Shown here piece by piece: positions 29,587 through 38,817 of a stretch of 64,000 bases of DNA (position 1 is the first letter of the stretch; each line of letters starts with the position of its first letter). A program made the translations under genes and the position numbers. This DNA comes from Candidatus Omnitrophota bacterium (lineage in GTDB: Bacteria; Omnitrophota; Gorgyraeia; 1-14-0-20-64-10), in contig JACOVG010000013.1 in NCBI GenBank assembly GCA_016177405.1, forward strand, positions 1,858-65,857. The letters are read 5' to 3'. The notes below the pieces were generated by a model that saw only the letters and a list, made by a program, of their open reading frames with translations, was not told where the DNA came from and searched no databases.

Positions 29587-30675
29587 ATGGCTCATCGAGC
29601 GACTTTGATTCCGGGAGACGGCATCGGCCCGGAGGTGGCGCAGGCGGCCAGGACCTGCCTGGAGGCCACCGGGGTGGCTTTTGAGTGGGAGATCCATGAG
29701 GCGGGCGAGGGGGCGATACCCAAATTCGGCACGCCCCTGCCGGAGCCCCTCTTGGCGTCGATCCGAAGGAACAAGGTGGCCCTGAAGGGCCCCATCACCA
29801 CCCCCATCGGGACCGGGATGCGCTCGGTCAATGTGGGGCTAAGGCACGCGCTGGATCTCTATGCCTGCGTGAGGCCCTGCCGCCTCTATCCTGGCGTGGT
29901 CACCTCTTACCGGCAGGCCGATCTGGTCATCGTCCGGGAAAACACGGAGGATCTTTACGCCGGCGTCGAGTACGACCGGGGCACCCCCGAGGTCCAGGAG
30001 CTGATCGCCTGGGTCAAGGCCCGCGGGGGCAAGACGATCCGGCCGGACTCGGCCATCTCCCTGAAGCCGATCTCCGAGACCGGAACCCGGCGGGTGGCCC
30101 GGTATGCCTTTGAGTACGCCCTGGCCAACGGCCGGCGGAAGGTCACGGTGGTGACCAAGGCGAACATCATGAAGTTCTCCGACGGCCTGTTCCTGAAGGT
30201 GGCGAGAGAGGTGGCCGCCGCGTACCAGGGCAGGGTGGAGTTCGAGGAGCGCCTGGTGGACAACCTGTGCATGCAGCTGGTGCAGAGGCCCCACCAGTTT
30301 GACATCCTGCTCACACCCAATTTGTACGGCGACATTGTTTCGGACCTGTGCGCCGGGATCGTGGGGGGATTGGGAGTGGCCCCGGGGGCGAACCTCGGAG
30401 ATGAGACCGCGGTCTTTGAGGCGACCCACGGCTCGGCGCCGAAATACGCCGGCCAGAACAAGGTCAACCCGGTGGCGACCATCCTGTCGGGGGTTCTGAT
30501 GTTGAGGCACCTGGGGGAGTCGAAGGCGGCCGACCGCCTGGAGCAGGCGGTGGCCGGGGTGATTCAGGAAGGCCGCCGGGTCACCTACGATTTGAAGAAG
30601 AAAGACGATCCCGTGCCGCCGGTCGGGACCCGGGAAATGACCCAGGCGATCGTGGAGAGAATAAAGACCCTCTGA
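29587..30675 (+). CDS. icd: Isocitrate dehydrogenase (isocitrate/isopropylmalate dehydrogenase family)
   Basis: PGDGIGPEV, LKGPITTP, RSVNVGLR (isocitrate-type S-x-N), NLYGDIVSD, EATHGSAPK. Confidence 0.85.
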   Translation: MAHRATLIPGDGIGPEVAQAARTCLEATGVAFEWEIHEAGEGAIPKFGTPLPEPLLASIRRNKVALKGPITTPIGTGMRSVNVGLRHALDLYACVRPCRLYPGVVTSYRQADLVIVRENTEDLYAGVEYDRGTPEVQELIAWVKARGGKTIRPDSAISLKPISETGTRRVARYAFEYALANGRRKVTVVTKANIMKFSDGLFLKVAREVAAAYQGRVEFEERLVDNLCMQLVQRPHQFDILLTPNLYGDIVSDLCAGIVGGLGVAPGANLGDETAVFEATHGSAPKYAGQNKVNPVATILSGVLMLRHLGESKAADRLEQAVAGVIQEGRRVTYDLKKKDDPVPPVGTREMTQAIVERIKTL

Positions 30676-32069
30676 TGGAGTCGTACGACCTGTGCGTGGT
30701 AGGGGCCGGCCCGGGGGGAATCTCGGCGGCCATTCGGGCCGCCCGGACAGGGGCGCGGGTTGCCCTGGCGGACTCCGGTTTCTTGGGCGGCACGTGCCTG
30801 AACCGGGGCTGCATTCCCTCCAGGGCCCTGGGGACCACCGCCAAGCTCATGCGTCAGATGAGGAGCGCCCAGAGCCTCGGGGTCGAGCTGACGGGCGGCT
30901 TTCGGGTTTCCCTGGCGGGGGTCGTGGCGCGCAAGGAGAGGATCGTCAGGCGCTTGCGCGGCGCGCTGGCGGCGCTGATCAAGAAAAATGGCGTGACCTG
31001 GATGGAAGGGGAAGCCTCGCTCCAGGCCGCCCACGAGGTGGAGGTGAAGGGCCCTGAAGGCCGGACAGGGATCAGCGCCAAGGGAATCATCCTGGCCACC
31101 GGCTCCAGGGCGGGTGGGCTGCCCAGCTGCCCGGTCGACGGCCGGGTCGTCGTCACCAGCGACGAGCTCCTTAAGGAGGTCGAGCTCCCCAAGGATCTCG
31201 TGGTGGTGGGGGCCGGCGTCGTGGGGTCGGAATTCGCCAGCTACTTCTTGGATCTGGGCGTTTCGGTGACGCTGGTGGAGGCGGCCGAGCGGGTCCTCCC
31301 CTTCGAGGACCCCAAGATTTCGGAGGCGTTTCACCAGAGCTTGAAGCGCAGGGGAGCCGCCGTCCTTACCGCCAGCCCCGTGGACAGCGTCCGGCTGACC
31401 TCCTCGGGAAAGGCGGAGATTTCTTTGAAAAAAACCTCAACCACCTTGACCGCGGACAAGGTCCTCGTGGCCTCCGGGCGAAAGGCTCAACCGCCTGCCG
31501 GTTGTGAGGCCCTGGGGCTCACGCTTGAAAAGGGAGGGATCCCGGCCGACAGCGAATTGAGGACCCGCCTGTCGCACATCTTCGCGGTGGGGGATCTCCT
31601 GGCCGGTTATCAGCTGGCCTGCACGGCCAGCTACGAGGGGGCCCTGGCGGCGGAAAACGCCCTGGGGGGCTCCCGGAAGGTGGACTACGCGGTGGTTCCG
31701 GAGGTGATCTATACCGACCCGGAGATCGCGTCGGTGGGCTTGAGCCCGGACGATGCCCGAAGACGGGGCAGGGAAATCCGGGTGAGCACCGTGAGCCTCG
31801 CCGGGTTTGCCCGCGCCCAGACGCTGGAGGAGCCGGAGGGTTTTGTTCAGGTGGTGGCCGACCGGAAAAAGGGGACCCTCCTGGGGGCGCAGATGATCGG
31901 GGCCCGCGCCACCGACATGATCGGCGAGGCGGCCCTGGCCGTGAAGCGCGGGCTCACCCTGAACGATCTTGTGGAGACGATCCATGGGCACCCCACGATG
32001 AGCGAATCACTCTGGGAGGCCAGCGCCGCGGCGCTGGGCCAATCGGTCTACTATGCCGCGAACGATTGA
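30675..32069 (+). CDS. lpdA: Dihydrolipoamide dehydrogenase
   Basis: GAGPGG FAD motif, GGTCLNRGCIP redox disulfide, HPTMSE. Confidence 0.92.
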   Translation: MESYDLCVVGAGPGGISAAIRAARTGARVALADSGFLGGTCLNRGCIPSRALGTTAKLMRQMRSAQSLGVELTGGFRVSLAGVVARKERIVRRLRGALAALIKKNGVTWMEGEASLQAAHEVEVKGPEGRTGISAKGIILATGSRAGGLPSCPVDGRVVVTSDELLKEVELPKDLVVVGAGVVGSEFASYFLDLGVSVTLVEAAERVLPFEDPKISEAFHQSLKRRGAAVLTASPVDSVRLTSSGKAEISLKKTSTTLTADKVLVASGRKAQPPAGCEALGLTLEKGGIPADSELRTRLSHIFAVGDLLAGYQLACTASYEGALAAENALGGSRKVDYAVVPEVIYTDPEIASVGLSPDDARRRGREIRVSTVSLAGFARAQTLEEPEGFVQVVADRKKGTLLGAQMIGARATDMIGEAALAVKRGLTLNDLVETIHGHPTMSESLWEASAAALGQSVYYAAND

Positions 32070-32943
32070 ACGGCAATTCCCGGCGTGGATCACGCGCCCG
32101 ATCACCCTGCGGGACTCATGGTCCAAGGCGAGGGCTTTGGTGGAGGAGCTTTCCCTTCACACCGTCTGCCAGGAGGCCCTGTGCCCCAACCTGGGGCCAT
32201 GCTGGTCCAGCGGGAATGTGAGCTTCATGATCCTGGGCAGCCGCTGCACCAGGCGCTGCGGCTTCTGCGCCGTCGAGACGGCTCGTCCCGACCCGGTGGA
32301 CGATTCGGAACCCTTTCGCTTGAGCCAGGCCGTTAAGCGGCTTCAATTGCGCCACGCGGTGATCACCTCGCCGGCGCGGGACGATTTGGCCGACGAGGGC
32401 GCTGGCCACTTCGCCAGATGCGTGGCGGAGATTTTGAAGAGGTCTCCCCGGACCCGGGTGGAGGTCTTGACGCCCGACTTCCACGCGAGAAGGGAGCTGA
32501 TCGAACAGGTGATTCGATCGGGCCCGGCGGTCTACAACCACAACCTGGAGACGGTGAAGCGCTTGACCCCGCGCGTCCGTCCGCAGGGCCGCTACGAGCG
32601 GTCGCTTCAGGTCCTTCGTCTGGCCGGGGAATTGGGCCGGGGCGCCGTCAAGATGAAGTCGGGTCTCATGGTGGGTTTGGGAGAAGAGCCGGAGGAGGTC
32701 CGCCAGGCCCTCACGGACTTGCGGGAGGCCGGCTGCGAGGTGGTGACGATCGGGCAATACTTGAGGCCCACCCCGCGCCATTTGCCGGTTCATGGCTTTG
32801 TTACCCCGGACCGCTTTGACCGGTATCGGGACTGGGCGAGAGAGCTGGGGTTCTTTCACGTGCAGTCAGGGCCGTACGTCAGGTCTTCTTACCATGCCTA
32901 CGAAGCACTCCAACCTGGAGATCTCAATGCCGACAGAAGCTAA
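32053..32943 (+). CDS. lipA: Lipoyl synthase
   Basis: CQEALCPNLGPC auxiliary cluster, CTRRCGFC radical-SAM motif, VRSSYHA. Confidence 0.97.
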   Translation: MPRTIERQFPAWITRPITLRDSWSKARALVEELSLHTVCQEALCPNLGPCWSSGNVSFMILGSRCTRRCGFCAVETARPDPVDDSEPFRLSQAVKRLQLRHAVITSPARDDLADEGAGHFARCVAEILKRSPRTRVEVLTPDFHARRELIEQVIRSGPAVYNHNLETVKRLTPRVRPQGRYERSLQVLRLAGELGRGAVKMKSGLMVGLGEEPEEVRQALTDLREAGCEVVTIGQYLRPTPRHLPVHGFVTPDRFDRYRDWARELGFFHVQSGPYVRSSYHAYEALQPGDLNADRS

Positions 32944-34117
32944 CCGGATGAAGCGTCTTCCCTTGTACCTGTTCACCATCATGGATGATCTGAAGGCCAA
33001 GGCGAAGGCCAAGGGGATCGATGTGATCGATCTGGGGATGGGCAACCCGGACCTCCCCAGCCCTCCCCACGTGGTGGAGGAGCTGTGCCGTTCGGTCCGC
33101 AGGGCGGAGAATCACCGCTACTCCAGGCCCACCGGCGATGTGGAGGAGGGTTTGAAGAAGGCCATCGCCGCCTGGTACGAGGAGCGCTTCGGCGTTGTCC
33201 TTAACCCCAAGACCGAGGTGCTGCCCTTGATCGGCTCCAAGGAAGGGATCGCCCACCTGGCCCTGGCTTTCCTCAACAACGACGACATGGGATTGGTCCC
33301 CACGCCCAGCTACCCCCCGCACGCCAACAGCGTCATCATGGCCGGCGGGATTCTCTACAACATCCCGATCGGCCCAGAGAACAACTTCCGGCCCGACTTC
33401 CGCGCCCTGGGCAAGGAGGTCGCCCGAATGGGCAAGATCTTTTTCGTGAGCTATCCTCACAACCCCACGGCCGCCTGCGTGGATCTGGATTTTTACCGGG
33501 AGCTCGTGGATTGGGCCAAGGGGAAGGAGATGATCCTCTGCTCGGACCTCGCCTACTCCGACATCGTCTTCGACGGCTACAAGGCGCCCAGCCTTCTCAA
33601 CGTCAAGGGGGCCAAGGAGGCCAACGGCATCGAGTTTCACACGGCCAGCAAGAGCTACAACATGGCCGGCTGGAGAATCGGCTGGGCCGTCGGCAACGCG
33701 CAGATCCTGCGCTCCCTGGAGAAGACCAAATCGTACATTGATTTTGGCATCTTCCGGGCGGTTCAGGAGGCCGCCATCACGGCTTTAACCGGGCCCCAGG
33801 ATTTCGTGAAGAATCTGGTCGAGACCTACCGCAAGCGGCGGGACCTCTGGGTTCAGGGCATGGCCGCGATCGGATGGAAGGTGCCGCTTCCGAAGGCCAC
33901 CTTTTACATCTGGGCCCGCATCCCTCCGAAGTTCAGCGGGCTTAGCTCGCTTGAGTTCGCCCAGCTTCTGGTGGACGAGGCCGGTGTGGTGGTGGCTCCG
34001 GGCAGCGGCTTCGGCGAGTACGGGGAGGGGTTCGTCCGCTTCGCGCTGGTGGAACCCGAGGAGCGGTTGAAAACGGCTCTCGAGCGAATCCGGAAGGTAC
34101 TGGCGATCAGTTCCTAA
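32927..34117 (+). CDS. LL-diaminopimelate aminotransferase-like class I PLP aminotransferase
   Basis: ATG 32927; DLGMGNPD, GSKEGIAH, YPHNPT, DLAY, SKSYNMAGWRIG. Confidence 0.8.
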   Translation: MPTEANRMKRLPLYLFTIMDDLKAKAKAKGIDVIDLGMGNPDLPSPPHVVEELCRSVRRAENHRYSRPTGDVEEGLKKAIAAWYEERFGVVLNPKTEVLPLIGSKEGIAHLALAFLNNDDMGLVPTPSYPPHANSVIMAGGILYNIPIGPENNFRPDFRALGKEVARMGKIFFVSYPHNPTAACVDLDFYRELVDWAKGKEMILCSDLAYSDIVFDGYKAPSLLNVKGAKEANGIEFHTASKSYNMAGWRIGWAVGNAQILRSLEKTKSYIDFGIFRAVQEAAITALTGPQDFVKNLVETYRKRRDLWVQGMAAIGWKVPLPKATFYIWARIPPKFSGLSSLEFAQLLVDEAGVVVAPGSGFGEYGEGFVRFALVEPEERLKTALERIRKVLAISS

Positions 34118-35232
34118 TGCGCGACCGGATCCTGGTGATGTACATCACCGGCCGCTCGGGCCATTTTCAGGCGGCCCGGGCGGTCAGCGAGGGGATCCGA
34201 AGGCTTCACCCCCGGTGCGAAGTCCTTTCCATAGATGCCTTCCAGTACCTCAATCCGATCTTGGCCCGGATGGTGGACCGGATGTACCTGTCGGTCATCC
34301 AGAAGCTTCCCGAGCTCTGGGACTACCTGTACGATAATCCGGTGATCGTCAAGCGTTCGGAGAGGATCCGCAAGCTCCTTCACCGTTACGACTCGCCGCG
34401 CCTGATCTCCCTGCTGACCGAGTTCCAGCCCCAGGCCATCGCCTGCACCCAGGCCTTCCCCTGCGGTCTGGCGGCCCATGTCAAAAGAGAAGACGGCCTG
34501 ACCACCCCTTTGTACGGCATCCTGACCGATTTCTCGCCGCACGCCTTCTGGGTTCACGCCGAGGTCGACGGCTACGTGGTAGGCGCCCCGCAGACCCGGC
34601 AGTGGCTCATCGAGAGGCGGATCGGCGCCGAACGGATCCACACCCTGGGCATCCCCATCGATCCCGCCTTCGCCCAGAAGCCCAACGCCGAAGGGGTCCG
34701 CCGGCGGCTTCAGCTGGCTTCCGATGACCCCATCCTTCTCTTGATGGGAGGGGGGCAGGGATTGGGGCCCATCGTGGAAGCGGTCAAAGCCCTGGATCGG
34801 ATCCGGCGGCCTGTCCAGCTCTTGGTGGTGGCCGGCACCAACGAGTCCTTGTACCACCGGCTGATCACCCTGGCGCCCCGCTTAAAACACCCGATTCGGG
34901 TTTTCGGGCATGTGGAGTTCATCTCCGATCTCATGAGCGTGGCCCAGCTCATTGTGACCAAACCGGGCGGCTTGACCACTTCCGAGGCGTTGGCCAAGGG
35001 TCTGCCGATGGTGATCCTGGATCCGATCCCGGGTCAGGAGGTCAAGAATGCCCGCTTCCTGACGGCCGCCGGGGTGGCCTGCGAGGCGCCCAGCCCCGAG
35101 GCGCTGCCGCTGTCCGTGGAGGGGCTTTTGAATGAGCCCAGCCGGCTCAAGGCCATGGCCGGCCGGGCCGCCCAGATGGGAAAGCCGTCGGCCGCTCTGG
35201 ATGCGGCGCGGCTCATCTTGAGCTCCTCTTAG
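34117..35232 (+). CDS. UgtP/MGDG-synthase-like diacylglycerol glycosyltransferase (GT28)
   Basis: SGH..AA, LTDF..H..W, GIPI, MGGGQG, TKPGGLTTSEAL, PIPGQE..NA. Confidence 0.85.
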   Translation: MRDRILVMYITGRSGHFQAARAVSEGIRRLHPRCEVLSIDAFQYLNPILARMVDRMYLSVIQKLPELWDYLYDNPVIVKRSERIRKLLHRYDSPRLISLLTEFQPQAIACTQAFPCGLAAHVKREDGLTTPLYGILTDFSPHAFWVHAEVDGYVVGAPQTRQWLIERRIGAERIHTLGIPIDPAFAQKPNAEGVRRRLQLASDDPILLLMGGGQGLGPIVEAVKALDRIRRPVQLLVVAGTNESLYHRLITLAPRLKHPIRVFGHVEFISDLMSVAQLIVTKPGGLTTSEALAKGLPMVILDPIPGQEVKNARFLTAAGVACEAPSPEALPLSVEGLLNEPSRLKAMAGRAAQMGKPSAALDAARLILSSS

Positions 35233-35235
35233 AAG

Positions 35236-36120
35236 GTGTTCTTTTACGCGGTCTATCTGGCGGGATATTACCTGTGCCTGACCCTGCCGCGGCCCGTGGC
35301 CCTGTGGACGGCCAGGCGGCTGGCCGACGCGAGTTACGCCCGCTCTCCCAGGGACCGGGAAGCCGTTTCCAAGAATCTTTCCGCGGTCCTGAACACCCCC
35401 CGGGTCCCGGCGCCTCTGGTCCGGGAGGTCTTCCGGAATTTCGCCATGTACCTGGTCGACTTCTTCCTCTTTTCCCGGCTGGACCACCGGCGGCTTTCGA
35501 AATGGATCCGGGTCGAGGGACTGGAGAACGCGAAGCGCCCTTTTCAAGAGGGCCGGGGAGGGATCGGGGTCACGGCCCACCTGGGCAACTACGAATTGGC
35601 CGGGGCCTACTATTCCCTGATGGGGATTCCGGTGAACGCGGTGGTCTTGACCCATCAGAACCCTTTCGTGGACCGCTTCTTCAACCGCCAGCGTCAGCGG
35701 GTGGGAGTCAAGGCGCTGGCCATCCAGCGGATGAGCCCCCGGCGCTTTGTGGAGGAGGTCCAGGGGATCTTCCGGAGAAACGAGATGCTGGCCCTGGTGT
35801 GCGACCGGGACTTCTTTCACCGGGGAGTGAAGCTCTCCCTCTTTGGCCGTCCGATCCAGCTGCCCACCGGCCCCGCGGCTTTCAGCGTGCGCCATCGGGT
35901 GCCGATCATCCCGACCTTCCTCATCCGGGAGAAGGACGGCAACTATCGGCTCTTCGTGGAGCCGCCGCTTTCGGCCCCCCAGGGCATGCCGGGCCCGGAG
36001 GCGGAGCTTTTTCTCACGCGGGAGCTGCTCGCGATCTTAAAGCGCTACATCGAACGCTTCCCCACCCAATGGTATCTCTTCCAGGAGTTTTGGAAACCGG
36101 CCCCGCCGCTCGTTGTGTAG
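35236..36120 (+). CDS. Lipid A/PatA-type lysophospholipid acyltransferase family protein
   Basis: TAHLGNYE, DRDF, LFG..LPTGPA, PTQWYLF. Confidence 0.85.
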   Translation: MFFYAVYLAGYYLCLTLPRPVALWTARRLADASYARSPRDREAVSKNLSAVLNTPRVPAPLVREVFRNFAMYLVDFFLFSRLDHRRLSKWIRVEGLENAKRPFQEGRGGIGVTAHLGNYELAGAYYSLMGIPVNAVVLTHQNPFVDRFFNRQRQRVGVKALAIQRMSPRRFVEEVQGIFRRNEMLALVCDRDFFHRGVKLSLFGRPIQLPTGPAAFSVRHRVPIIPTFLIREKDGNYRLFVEPPLSAPQGMPGPEAELFLTRELLAILKRYIERFPTQWYLFQEFWKPAPPLVV

Positions 36121-36779
36121 CGGTCATCCCGGCCTACCGGGCCGAAGGCTCCGTTGGGCCTTTGGTCCGCCGCGTCGCCGCGCTGGGGCTGGCGGCGGTG
36201 GTGGTGGACGACGCCTCGGGCGACGCCACCGCGGCCCGGGCCCAGGCCGCCGGAGCCGTGGTGCTTTCGCGTCCGGCCAACGGGGGCAAGGGCAGGGCCC
36301 TGCGGGACGGTTTTCAATATGCCTTGGCATCGGGGTTCGAGTGGATCATCGCGCTGGACGCCGATGGGCAGCATGAGACCGGCGAGATTCCGAATTTTCT
36401 CCGGGCGGCCCGGGAAGGCCGGGGCCAGCTGATCGTGGGCGACCGGATGCGCTGCCCCCGGGGGATGCCCCTCACCCGGTGGCTCACCAACCTTGGCATG
36501 TCCTGGATCCTCTCGCGCCTGGCGGGCACCAAGATCCCGGATACCCAGTGCGGGTTCAGGATGATCCACCGGGGGGTCCTGGAGAAGCTCACGCTCACCT
36601 CCGACCATTTTGAGATTGAGTCGGAGATGGTTCTCAAGGCGGCCTGGGCCGGTTACCGGGTGGCGTCGATTCCGGTGGCCTCGGTTTACACCCGTCAGCA
36701 CTTGAGCTTCATCCGCCCCTTGGGCGATACGGCCAGGTTCTTCCGGATGCTGTGGCGCGTCCGGCGCCGGCCGGGATAA
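36069..36779 (+). CDS. Glycosyltransferase family 2 (polyprenol-phosphate glycosyltransferase-like)
   Basis: VIPAY, VDDASGD, NGGKG, LDADGQH, DTQCGFR; start uncertain (ATG 36069 or TTG 36090). Confidence 0.85.
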   Translation: MVSLPGVLETGPAARCVAVIPAYRAEGSVGPLVRRVAALGLAAVVVDDASGDATAARAQAAGAVVLSRPANGGKGRALRDGFQYALASGFEWIIALDADGQHETGEIPNFLRAAREGRGQLIVGDRMRCPRGMPLTRWLTNLGMSWILSRLAGTKIPDTQCGFRMIHRGVLEKLTLTSDHFEIESEMVLKAAWAGYRVASIPVASVYTRQHLSFIRPLGDTARFFRMLWRVRRRPG

Positions 36780-36785
36780 AGCTGG

Positions 36786-37460
36786 ATGGAGCCCGCCTTC
36801 GAGGATCAACGGCGGCGGATGGTCGCTGACCAATTGCTGGCTCGCGGGATCCGCGACCCCCTGGTGATTCGCTCCATGGCCAGGGTGCCGCGGCACCTGT
36901 TTGTGCCGGCCGGCCACTTGGATAAGAGCTACAGCGATCATCCCCTGCCCATCGGGGAGGGCCAAACGATCTCCCAGCCCTACATGGTCGCCTTGATGAT
37001 TCAGGAGATGGCCTTGAAACCCGCCGGCCGGGTTCTGGAAATCGGAACCGGATCGGGCTATGAGGCGGCCGTTTTAAGCCTTTTGGCTTCGAAGGTCTAT
37101 TCCGTGGAGCGCGTCCCCGCGCTGGCCGACTCGGCGGCCAAACTGCTTCGGTCGCTTTCGGTGAAGAATGTCCAGATTCTGATCGCGGATGGAACGGCGG
37201 GCTGGCCCGACGAGGCCCCCTTTCAGGGGATCCTCGTGGCGGCCGCGGCCCCCCGCGTCCCGGAGGTCCTGGTGAACCAACTGGCTCCCGGGGGAAGGCT
37301 GGTGATTCCGGTGGGCTCCGCCTTAAGCCAGACCCTGACGGTGGTCCGGCGCGAGGCCGGCGGGATCGAGACCCGTGAGATCTGCGGCTGTGTCTTTGTC
37401 CCGCTGATCGGCGCGCACGGATGGAAAGAGGGAGAGGTTTCCTCGGAGGAGGTGCTCTAA
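36786..37460 (+). CDS. pcm: Protein-L-isoaspartate O-methyltransferase
   Basis: VPRHLFV, GQTISQPY, LEIGTGSGY, FVPLIG. Confidence 0.96.
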   Translation: MEPAFEDQRRRMVADQLLARGIRDPLVIRSMARVPRHLFVPAGHLDKSYSDHPLPIGEGQTISQPYMVALMIQEMALKPAGRVLEIGTGSGYEAAVLSLLASKVYSVERVPALADSAAKLLRSLSVKNVQILIADGTAGWPDEAPFQGILVAAAAPRVPEVLVNQLAPGGRLVIPVGSALSQTLTVVRREAGGIETREICGCVFVPLIGAHGWKEGEVSSEEVL

Positions 37461-37463
37461 ACC

Positions 37464-37955
37464 GTGATCAAGATTTTGGTGGAAATGCTGTCGGTTCTAC
37501 CGGCGCCGCTGGTGACGGTTTTGGTCGGCGCCCTGCCCATCGCGGAGGTGCGCGGGGCGATACCGGTCGGGATCGCCCTGAAGCTGTCTTATCCGGAGGC
37601 CTTCTTTTGGTCTGTCCTGGGGAATCTCCTTCCGGTGATTCCTCTCCTTCTGTTCCTGGATCCGGTCTCCGAAAGGCTGCGCCGGTTCAAACTCTGGCGA
37701 AGGTTCTTTGAGTGGCTCTTTGACCGGGCGAGGAAGAAGGGCGGGCTGGTCGAGCGTTATGAGGCGCTGGGGCTGGCCATCTTTGTGGCGATCCCCTTGC
37801 CTTTGACCGGGGCCTGGACCGGCTGCGCCGCGGCCTCTTTGTTTAAACTGCCTTTCCGGCTGGCCTTCCCGGCGATCGCCGCCGGGGTGCTCCTGGCGGG
37901 GCTGGTGGTTTCCCTCGCTGTCTTCACCGGGATGCAGCTTTTCTTTCAGGCTTGA
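37464..37955 (+). CDS. COG2426 small multidrug-export-like membrane protein
   Basis: LPIAEVRGAIP and FVAIPLPLTGAWTG motifs; hydrophobic. Confidence 0.85.
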   Translation: MIKILVEMLSVLPAPLVTVLVGALPIAEVRGAIPVGIALKLSYPEAFFWSVLGNLLPVIPLLLFLDPVSERLRRFKLWRRFFEWLFDRARKKGGLVERYEALGLAIFVAIPLPLTGAWTGCAAASLFKLPFRLAFPAIAAGVLLAGLVVSLAVFTGMQLFFQA

Positions 37956-37980
37956 TTTTCGTTTGAAGGGGCCTTAAGAT
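37952..37980 (+). promoter_or_regulatory. Sigma70-type promoter for the cob operon
   Basis: TTGATT (37952-57), 17-bp spacer, TAAGAT (37975-80), just upstream of the riboswitch. Confidence 0.6.
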
Positions 37981-37991
37981 AGGCCCACATA

Positions 37992-38233
37992 GACATCGTG
38001 TGAGGGAAGCCCTGTGACCTGCCTGATGCCGGGCAGGAAGTCAGGCGCGGCCCCGCCACTGTAAGCCCGCCTCCGCCAAAGAAGTTGGCGGAGAACCTTA
38101 GCGCAGATCCAGCCACTGTCCACCAAACAAAATGGCGGATGGGAAGGCGCGCTGAAAGGTCGGGCAAGCCAGGAGACCTCGCGGTGTCCCACATAGAAAG
38201 GATTTTCCCGATGTTCCTTCGAGGGGGAGGAAC
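37992..38233 (+). ncRNA. Cobalamin riboswitch with translational expression platform
   Basis: AGGGAA, CCCCGCCACTGTAA, GCCACTG..GGGAAGG, AAGCCAGGAGACC B12-box; P1 GACATCGTG/CGCGGTGTC; SD-sequestering hairpin GTTCCTTC-GAGGG-GGAGGAAC before the cobU ATG. Confidence 0.93.
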
Positions 38234-38238
38234 CCAAG

Positions 38239-38817
38239 ATGGCCTCGTACTCTCGTAAGAACGAGGCCTGTTTTGTCTCCGGAGGCCGGGGGCAGGGAGG
38301 CCTCATCCTGGTCACCGGGGGGGCGCGGTCCGGAAAAAGCGCCTTCGCCTTGGGGCTTGCCGACCGGGGCGCCTTTAAGAGGCGCCTCTTTGTCGCCACG
38401 GCGGTCGCTTGCGATGGCGAAATGCGCTCCCGCATCGCCCGCCACCGGAGACAGCGAAACGGCGCTTGGGGGCTGCTGGAGGAACCGCTTCGGCTGCCCG
38501 AGCGCCTGCCCCTGAAGGATCTTCCCGCGGGATCGGTTCTCTTGCTGGATTGCCTTCCCACCTTCGTGACCAACCTTCTTCTGGCCAAGGTTTCTCCCTC
38601 CCGGATTGAAAAGAGGCTTGAGGCCCTGGCGGATTGTTTGCGCGCTCCGGGGTTGACGGCGATTGTGGTGACCAATGAGGTGGGCCAGGGGGTGGTGCCG
38701 GGCTCCGCCTTGGGCAGGAGGTTCCGGGATCTTTTAGGAAACGCGAATCAGACCATTGCTTCCCGCGCCGACGGCGTCTACCTGATGGTGGCCGGGATAC
38801 CCATGAGGATCAAATGA
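38239..38817 (+). CDS. cobU: Adenosylcobinamide kinase/adenosylcobinamide-phosphate guanylyltransferase
   Basis: TGGARSGKS, RIARHRRQR, LLDCL, VTNEVG, MVAGIP. Confidence 0.95.
   Translation: MASYSRKNEACFVSGGRGQGGLILVTGGARSGKSAFALGLADRGAFKRRLFVATAVACDGEMRSRIARHRRQRNGAWGLLEEPLRLPERLPLKDLPAGSVLLLDCLPTFVTNLLLAKVSPSRIEKRLEALADCLRAPGLTAIVVTNEVGQGVVPGSALGRRFRDLLGNANQTIASRADGVYLMVAGIPMRIK

Noticed and set aside
35274-36068. Long N-terminal extension of the GT2 ORF, and similar upstream extensions given for rpoC, rplE, rplO, adk, aroQ, pfk and thiE
   Set aside because: Alternate-frame read-through of the upstream gene; homology begins at the downstream starts
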